Shown here: in pieces, positions 57,891-64,000 of the stretch | Position numbering within the stretch: the first letter of the stretch is position 1 | Layout of the letters: each line of letters opens with the position of its first letter | DNA from: a virus | Direction: 5' to 3' (one strand) | Virus record (IMG/VR): IMGVR_UViG_3300005613_000001 | Span: 66,279-130,278 of that record | DNA length: 64,000 nucleotides | Notes under the pieces: generated by a model | What the model was told of the DNA's origin: nothing | Database searches by the model: none | The model's input: the letters and a program-made list of their open reading frames with translations, nothing else | Made by a program: the position numbers and the translations under genes

Positions 57891-58158
57891 TTGCTTTACC
57901 TAACTTCTGCCACATGGTAAATAATGAAACAATGCGATCCCAAGGATTTCGTGCAATTGTGAATTTAAAATAGTCCCTGCATTCTATTGGATGTTCAATT
58001 TCATATTTAGAAATCCACCAGTGTTTGCCGGGATAAATAATATCACCACGTTCATCCAAATGAAGTTCGGGACGAAGAGCTTTAGCTATGCTGGTCCCGC
58101 CAGTTTTAGCCATGTGGATAAAAATAAATTTATGCCGATGACAGATCATTTCAACCAC
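57859..58158 (-). pseudogene. N-terminal fragment of a sulfotransferase-family protein
   Basis: FIHMAKTGGTSIAKAL PAPS-loop at only 99 aa. It overlaps the next ORF by 32 nt in another frame. Confidence 0.4.
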
Positions 58159-58787
58159 TCAACCAATGCATCGTAGTCAGCAAAATCCCGCTCTTCTAAC
58201 CTATCATACGCAGCTAAATATCCCGCCTCTATAAGAGAATCAAATGCAGCCGCTTTGGCTTTGCCTCCTAAAAAGTGAACCGGGACATCCTCACAATACG
58301 CTATAGTTACTTTCATTTTTCAAACCAATTATTTGTTTCTTCTTTTAACTTATCAGAACCCTTTTTTGCAGCATCTTGGACACCATCTTTCAGGGTGTTA
58401 AGTGGCTGTTCCACCTTCTGTCTGACATTATCCACATCACGTTTAACCTTATATGCTTCAAATGCTACCATTGCTACAATAAATAAAATAACGGCTAGTA
58501 GAACTACAATGAGTCCCATAAATAAATTTTTCATGTTAGTCTCCTTACTAACACTTATATATCGTTATTAAACGTGGGTTTGGGACTTACCACACTCCCT
58601 TCTTTCTTGTATCTCTCAATCGCCTCTTTTAATGTAGTACCACAACTACCAACTTGTTCTTCACCATCCTTCCACCAGGCATACTCTTTTAGCCCAGCAA
58701 GAAAACCGGCTTCGTAACCAGCATCATATGCATTGTGCTCTAAATCACGCAACTCTTGTTCAATTCTAGGATCAATTTCTGGTTCGC

Positions 58788-59495
58788 TCATTTAATTGCC
58801 GCCTTGTAAATGAGTTCTACTACGTTCTTCAACACCGGGTAACCCAACATCCAATGGTATTCATGTCTTCTAATTTGAATTGCCGTATGAACACCCTCAG
58901 CTATCTGCCCGTCTTGAAATTCAGGCTTTTCACCAGAGGCTATTAATTGTCCCGCCTTAAAATTTCTACTCTTGTTGCTGAGACACGTTACGGCTAAATC
59001 TGCCATGTGGCGATTTATAGAAGTAATCCCCTTTAATTCTTCCCACGCATCAGCAAAATATACAGCCGCCATATTATCGCCATTGGTGTGTTTTTCAATT
59101 GAATAACCAATAGCGTAAACATTTTTAAGAACACCAACCCACTCTAACTCATTGTATCCATATGATATGTCCAATTTCTCCTCAGTGGAAATACAAGCGC
59201 CTCCTAAAACAGAGATATATTTAGATCCCCAAATATCCCGAATGGCTTGAGTAGGCAAGTGACCCTTGCTATCCAATCCCTTGGTTGCCGAATGGACCGT
59301 TATATCAGGATCAACTTCATCAAAAAGCTCCAGGGTTTCTCTTAAATATTGCCCTGGAATTGCTACGATAATCTTATCCGCCTCTTTTATTTCAAATGGA
59401 TCTTCAGGATGATTCCACGTTTTGATCTTAAACTTGGGGGCAAATTCTTTTTTGAGGCGGGCTCCCCATTTACCTTGACCGAGTATGATAATCAT
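58788..59495 (-). CDS. gpsA: GpsA-like NAD(P)-dependent glycerol-3-phosphate dehydrogenase homolog, N-terminally short
   Basis: HSATKGLD, ISVLGGACISTEE, LKNVYAIGYS and DLAVTCLSNKSRNFKAGQ are collinear with GpsA blocks at 235 aa. Confidence 0.6.
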   Translation of the reverse strand: MIIILGQGKWGARLKKEFAPKFKIKTWNHPEDPFEIKEADKIIVAIPGQYLRETLELFDEVDPDITVHSATKGLDSKGHLPTQAIRDIWGSKYISVLGGACISTEEKLDISYGYNELEWVGVLKNVYAIGYSIEKHTNGDNMAAVYFADAWEELKGITSINRHMADLAVTCLSNKSRNFKAGQLIASGEKPEFQDGQIAEGVHTAIQIRRHEYHWMLGYPVLKNVVELIYKAAIK

Positions 59496-59498
59496 ACT

Positions 59499-60014
59499 CT
59501 AAGATAGTAATTCCGCGTCATCAATTGCTTTTATTATACCCCTCATCAGGCTAACGCTTATTGAAGAACCATTGTGCAAGGTAAAAACTTGCCCATCGTA
59601 TGTCCCCATGTGCGCACCTTCCTTGGTTACAACCCTCTTTAAATACTCAGGATAAGTTTCATCTAAATCATCAAAACACACTTCCTGTATCAGCGGCTTC
59701 TTTCTTCGCCTCTTCCAAGATAACTCATATATTTTTGCATCATAACTATCCTGATAATTCAACCAAAAAGTAGCAGGCATGTGAAAAACTTTTGAGAACT
59801 TGTGAGCTAACTCCTCCGTAATAGGTGCTAGTTCCCATATAATTTCCTCTATCGTCTCAACATCTTCCTCTATTACAACACAAAAAGCTTGCAATTTAGC
59901 TTCAAATGACTTTGGAACTTCACCCAAAACAGAGTAGTGTTCAATGCACTCCTTGAGCGTAGCACCCGGATGAACCGCGTAATCAGGATCAAATTTTTGA
60001 GGCGGGATAGCCAT
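59499..60014 (-). CDS. HigA/VapI-like XRE-family HTH protein with a C-terminal extension
   Basis: HPGATLKECIE...ATFWLNYQDSYD matches the HigA antidote signature HPGE.L.E...AEFWLNLQ..YDL. Confidence 0.45.
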   Translation of the reverse strand: MAIPPQKFDPDYAVHPGATLKECIEHYSVLGEVPKSFEAKLQAFCVVIEEDVETIEEIIWELAPITEELAHKFSKVFHMPATFWLNYQDSYDAKIYELSWKRRRKKPLIQEVCFDDLDETYPEYLKRVVTKEGAHMGTYDGQVFTLHNGSSISVSLMRGIIKAIDDAELLS

Positions 60015-60015
60015 T

Positions 60016-60855
60016 TTAGAACTCCCAGAAGGGCGACATTTTAGTAGATTGAGGAAGCAAATTCGCCTGTTCGCTTACACAACAAACGTTTTTACATTCT
60101 CCGTGGCATTCTCCATCGGCAGAAGGAGGAGCAGCCACACAATCATCTTCGCAATTATCTGCGGTTAAAACCCAATCATCATCGCTATCATTCCACTTCC
60201 ATGAAGTGTAACCACAATCTCCACATTCTATCTCCCAAGATGATGTATCGCAAGGGATAACTATATGGGCACCAAAATAATGAGGCGTAGTATCACTTGG
60301 AGTGGTGTCGCTAGGGGTGGCACTTTCTCCATTTGGCCCCTCCCCACACGAATTTCTAACAAGCAGCCAGCCAGCTTGTTGAGTCCCTTGTGCGCCGCCT
60401 GGCAACGTTGCATCACCAATATAAACCCAAGTCGCCGTACCCCTAGTGCATTTCTTCTCTACACACGGGAAATTCCACTCTGCCCCCGGTATATGGTCAG
60501 ATGTTAATGAATCTGGGTAGGCAGGGTAACAACAGTCTTTGTCCGTACAATTATTTTCCAATAATGACCAAAAGTGAATCATCCTATTAGTGCCATTATC
60601 GTTCAAAAGCAAACTATAAGACTTCCATTTTGCCTGACCGCAATTAATATGGGAAGTCTGCGTTGCGAAGTTTTGATGACAGCTTGAAGCACCATTTCTG
60701 ATCGCTGTTAAATTAGAGGCGCGTGAATTGACCGTAGTATTATTGCGATTTAATGCCGACCAAGAAACCTTCCCATCGGGAGTGTTGGGCAATAAGTGAG
60801 TATTAGCCAAACCCGGTACGGTCTGTGTTCCACAATTATTCTGAATAGTCGGCAT
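60016..60855 (-). CDS. Cys-rich exported protein with a Thr/Pro repeat
   Basis: More than 20 Cys residues and a TPSDTTPSDTTP repeat with no TM helix. It is a possible adhesin or fibre-type structural protein. Confidence 0.4.
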   Translation of the reverse strand: MPTIQNNCGTQTVPGLANTHLLPNTPDGKVSWSALNRNNTTVNSRASNLTAIRNGASSCHQNFATQTSHINCGQAKWKSYSLLLNDNGTNRMIHFWSLLENNCTDKDCCYPAYPDSLTSDHIPGAEWNFPCVEKKCTRGTATWVYIGDATLPGGAQGTQQAGWLLVRNSCGEGPNGESATPSDTTPSDTTPHYFGAHIVIPCDTSSWEIECGDCGYTSWKWNDSDDDWVLTADNCEDDCVAAPPSADGECHGECKNVCCVSEQANLLPQSTKMSPFWEF

Positions 60856-60941
60856 ACATTATTTAGGAACACACGAACATTTATCCATCCGGTTGTCCAC
60901 AAAATCAACATAAACGGTATCGTCGTCTTTGTGATACACAT

Positions 60942-61580
60942 TCATGACATTGGCTCAACATAATCTTTTATGCCAGCAATGTGAAACATAATCTTGCGGA
61001 CAAAAGGAAGGGCATAGTGGGGTATGTAAAATGTTCCTTTCTGGGTAACTGCCGAGGGTAATAAGTATTTTTCTAATCTCCAAATCGACGTTCGGGACAT
61101 AAATTCAAAATCAACATTCGGATATAGTTCTTGAATTGCCTTAAGCGCCTCTTGTTGATATGGTCCAGCAGTGTTATAGTGAAGTAGTGTAATCGGCTTC
61201 TTGAAACGCCTAAGAAAGACCAGCCGAGGAATTGCATCACACCAAAAGTGCCCATAATTATTTTGATTAGGACCAAAAAACGAGCTATAAAGACCCGTCT
61301 TATCTACTTGATCTTTTGAATACTTTATTATCTCATTTAGCGTATGGGATGTTGTATTGCCAATTTTAAATAGAGTTTTTCTAACTCTGAGACGATCACC
61401 CAATCCATCTAAGATTATTTTCCCAGATGCAGCATCAACAACCATTGCCCCTGCAACAAAGAAATATACATCCTTAGCAATCCCATAATGAAAATCATAT
61501 GCTATTGTAAAGTCAGATTTGTACAGTTTATGTATTGAGGTTAAATCCTCTAATTTAACAAAACCCTTTAACTCAAGCAC
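60942..61580 (-). CDS. hypothetical protein, possibly the N-terminal region of a DUF563/GT61-like glycosyltransferase
   Basis: NYGHFWCDAIPRLVFL resembles the GT61 N-terminal motif. Confidence 0.35.
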   Translation of the reverse strand: MLELKGFVKLEDLTSIHKLYKSDFTIAYDFHYGIAKDVYFFVAGAMVVDAASGKIILDGLGDRLRVRKTLFKIGNTTSHTLNEIIKYSKDQVDKTGLYSSFFGPNQNNYGHFWCDAIPRLVFLRRFKKPITLLHYNTAGPYQQEALKAIQELYPNVDFEFMSRTSIWRLEKYLLPSAVTQKGTFYIPHYALPFVRKIMFHIAGIKDYVEPMS

Positions 61581-61582
61581 TC

Positions 61583-61978
61583 TTAGCTCCCAAAACCTAA
61601 ATCGCTAAAATCTAATTTTGTTCCAGGGCCTCTTTTTTTATCCTTGGGCTTTCGTTGGCGAACTCTTATGTATGCAACGTATTTGCCAGTGGGTCTTTCA
61701 TATTTGTCTATGATTTCCCGGTATTCTACATCTAGATTGAAAAAGGGGCTCTCGTAGCGTATCAACTCTTTGATTTGAGCCAATACTGAATTAATAAAGT
61801 GTGATGAGCCCGTAATTCTAATTGTATCCTGATTATATGTAGAGCCTTTATGATTGGGGGGAATTGGATGAGGCATCATGGGCTGATCTTTTAAAGACGC
61901 CCAGTGCCTTAATATCTCATCGCGGGCTGCTTTCCAGCCTGCTTTTTGCTCTTCTATTAACCAATCACGAAACTCCAT
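61583..61978 (-). CDS. hypothetical protein
   Basis: 131-aa ORF. Confidence 0.35.
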   Translation of the reverse strand: MEFRDWLIEEQKAGWKAARDEILRHWASLKDQPMMPHPIPPNHKGSTYNQDTIRITGSSHFINSVLAQIKELIRYESPFFNLDVEYREIIDKYERPTGKYVAYIRVRQRKPKDKKRGPGTKLDFSDLGFGS

Positions 61979-62359
61979 ATTGATATATATGGAGTTTAAT
62001 TAAAAAGTGCCTATTCCACTATCCCCAACTCCCGCACTTCTTCCTTCGTAAATTGAATAGGAGCAATATCACTGCTGATGCCAGATCGGCTTCCAAGCCT
62101 CCCAGCATCCTCATCCCTCGCCATGATCTCACAGGCTTTTTCCCAAATCCCGCGATCTCGCAATTCCTTAATAGTTAAATTCATTGCTAATTCTCCTTAC
62201 TCAAAAATTGCATAAGCGGCAATATCAGCCGCCTCTTTTTTATATTTCCTTACTTTCATCTTAAAATGTTGCTTTTTTCCTTTTGATCCAGCAAGTCTCA
62301 TTCTTCTTTCATGCTTATCTGCTAATGCTGATTTCACAGCATACAGGGCTGCTAATCTC

Positions 62360-62824
62360 TTAGTTTCCGTCCTGCTCAACATAGCTATCCTCCGTATCTA
62401 TCTTTTCAAAAGCTTCACGAATGGACTTAGCCTCTTCCAAGGCACAGAATATGGCCTGTTGCCGGGTTTCAAGCGTAACTGCCCGTTCTTGCCATCTTGT
62501 AGCTATTCTGTTTAATTCGCGTTCCCTTTCCTGGTAAAAGCGTATTTTGCCTTCCATATAGGCCCGCACCTTCAAATGCTCTACTTCAAGTGCCTTTACA
62601 TCCTTGGCAGCTTGTATTGATCGCCTGTGTGCCGTTCTAAATTGATTGCTATTGTTATTAATAAACCTTTCGTAATCGTACTTCATCGGCCTCCATACCA
62701 AAGTTAAAAATGCAATCACAAGTCCAGCAAAAATGAAGGGAGAACAAACAAGCCAAACCGTGCGAATCCGCATGGAATACCACTTCATTCCTAGCGTCCT
62801 TCCTGTGGGCTGCATCCCACACAC
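62360..62824 (-). CDS. membrane-anchored coiled-coil protein
   Basis: N-terminal TM helix followed by a heptad-rich region. Confidence 0.4.
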   Translation of the reverse strand: MCGMQPTGRTLGMKWYSMRIRTVWLVCSPFIFAGLVIAFLTLVWRPMKYDYERFINNNSNQFRTAHRRSIQAAKDVKALEVEHLKVRAYMEGKIRFYQERERELNRIATRWQERAVTLETRQQAIFCALEEAKSIREAFEKIDTEDSYVEQDGN

Positions 62825-62918
62825 AGGGTTTCGTATTCTTCCACCGAATAGTCACTATCAGGAGTGACTAAGCGACGACTTGCCCTATCATTCACAAACC
62901 TACCGCATCTATCGCATC

Positions 62919-63518
62919 TTAATTGTGTAAATCCATCGCCACTATCCATTGCTTCTCAGGCTCCTTCTCTAATCGCTCAAATAAATATTGAGGCTGGGTG
63001 GCTGCTGCTTCACCATCATAGAAAAATGAATCAAAACAATAATAGCCCGCCATCAATTTCCCCAAAGAGTACAAATGGTGGCCTATCATTTCAAATTCAA
63101 ATGAATGAGCATCCCTTGGCAAAGAATCCAACCGTAATGCATTTAAAAACTGGCCCATCTCCTGTTTGTTTTGCTCAGTTGTTCTCTTCGCCGCCTCTTT
63201 TTTATCCTGAATAGGAATCCCCCAGATATCATCGGGAACTTCTTCTTCTGTTACTTCCTTCCCAATGATCTTATTACGCAAGGTGCAAAAATAATTATCT
63301 CTAGATTTAAGAGCCCCTTCTACAAATTTCTTAAATGCTTCGGGATCATCTTGGGCACAAAGAACATTTTTACCATTAAGCATTCCTGCCCATCTTCCGC
63401 CTTCTTCAAACCAATCCCATACATTTCCCTCACCAAAAGACTCTATTGCCGACGCCGCTTTTGCCGTAGCCTCAACTTCATCTTGAGCAACCACGGCAAT
63501 TAGATGAACAACATGCAT
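62919..63518 (-). CDS. hypothetical protein
   Basis: 199-aa ORF. Confidence 0.4.
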   Translation of the reverse strand: MHVVHLIAVVAQDEVEATAKAASAIESFGEGNVWDWFEEGGRWAGMLNGKNVLCAQDDPEAFKKFVEGALKSRDNYFCTLRNKIIGKEVTEEEVPDDIWGIPIQDKKEAAKRTTEQNKQEMGQFLNALRLDSLPRDAHSFEFEMIGHHLYSLGKLMAGYYCFDSFFYDGEAAATQPQYLFERLEKEPEKQWIVAMDLHN

Positions 63519-63677
63519 GGTAAAGTTCCTTCTAGTTAGTCAGGAAATCCCCTGACAATGTGAATGTTGGCGTACTACCCAGGTGCCCGCCGATACCAAC
63601 GGGAATTGACTCGTTGGGCAGTGGTTTGCTAAGGCGAAAACATTCGTGTTCTTTAAACATAATATTTCCCCGTGCAG

Positions 63678-63752
63678 TGACCCCAATCGGATTTGAACCG
63701 ATGTTGCTGGCGTGAAAGGCCAGTGTCCTAAGCCTAACTAGACGATGGGGCC
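63678..63752 (-). tRNA. tRNA-Glu(TTC)
   Basis: GTCTAGTTAGGCTTAGGAC D arm, anticodon stem CTGGC/GCCAG with loop CTTTCAC, T arm ATCGG-TTCAAAT-CCGAT. It is similar to bacterial tRNA-Glu. Confidence 0.8.
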
Positions 63753-64000
63753 ATATCTGGTGGTTCTTCTACACTTTCTACTATGTATGTTCCTGTGCCG
63801 TCTTCATTCCAATCAATAGAACCCGCAATCATCTTGCCAGATTGAAACGCAAGATTGGCACTTAACATCCGAGCATCATCATCACTTGTCACTGAAAACT
63901 GGTCGCCAACCTTAATATAAAGAGGCGGGGGACGCTTGCCAAATATGCTAGCAATTGCCGTTGTGGCAGCAAAAACAACAACTACAGTAAGCCACATCAA
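63734..64000 (-). CDS. membrane protein, 5'-truncated at the window edge
   Basis: The open frame runs to the window end with an N-terminal hydrophobic stretch. Confidence 0.3.
   Translation of the reverse strand: MMWLTVVVVFAATTAIASIFGKRPPPLYIKVGDQFSVTSDDDARMLSANLAFQSGKMIAGSIDWNEDGTGTYIVESVEEPPDMAPSSS

Noticed and set aside
1-64000. Search for CRISPR arrays and rRNA genes.
   Set aside because: No run of regularly spaced direct repeats and no rRNA-like conserved blocks were found. The non-coding gaps are all shorter than 400 bp and are explained by promoters, terminators, tRNAs or IS ends.

Overview
Gene-dense accessory DNA of about 64 kb, roughly 43% GC, mostly coded on the minus strand. It looks like part of a very large phage or phage-like mobile element rather than a core chromosome. 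There are no ribosomal or housekeeping operons. There are many small overlapping ORFs, five free-standing homing endonucleases (four HNH, one GIY-YIG) and two IS200/IS605-family tnpB elements. Seven tRNA-type genes lie between 43 and 64 kb: Met/Ile2(CAT), Arg(CCG), Arg(TCT), Arg(CCT), Glu(TTC), and one tRNA-like gene with an 18-nt anticodon loop. Rho-independent terminators bound the operons. The clearest functional themes are listed below.

- **RNA repair and anti-ribotoxin genes:** an RtcB ligase operon ending in PRPP synthetase, a stand-alone PrfH-like release-factor homolog, a minimal ligase-type nucleotidyltransferase, and a Thg1-like tRNA 3'-5' polymerase beside the aberrant tRNA. There are also a GluQRS-like tRNA-modifying enzyme and an HPRT-like phosphoribosyltransferase (PRTase).
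- **ADP-ribose processing:** a three-gene operon of a SLOG-like protein, an unknown protein and a NADAR protein, which is a candidate anti-DarT or anti-ADP-ribosylation module.
- **RNA-binding regulators:** two CsrA paralogs. One sits in an operon of a NYN RNase, CsrA, a SprT-like protease and a small protein.
- **AAA+ cassette:** a plus-strand cassette of a MoxR-type ATPase, an unknown protein, a small membrane protein and a 740-aa HExxH protein.
- **Glycan module:** UDP-galactopyranose mutase (Glf), an RmlC-like epimerase, glycosyltransferases, a methyltransferase and a sulfotransferase-like protein.
- **Membrane scaffolds:** two tandem flotillin-like SPFH proteins.
- **Nucleoid-type proteins:** a histone-H1-like protein, YbaB/EbfC, a ParB-domain protein with an acidic tail, a tandem PAS-LuxR regulator and a sigma-70 region-4 protein.
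- **Cofactor genes:** CoaB, a CoaC fused to an M23-like domain, and a GpsA-like dehydrogenase.

I found no CRISPR array and no rRNA. All coordinates read off by hand, such as tRNAs, terminators and small ORFs, are approximate to ±2 nt. Product calls rest on motif recognition by eye and need an HMM or BLAST check.
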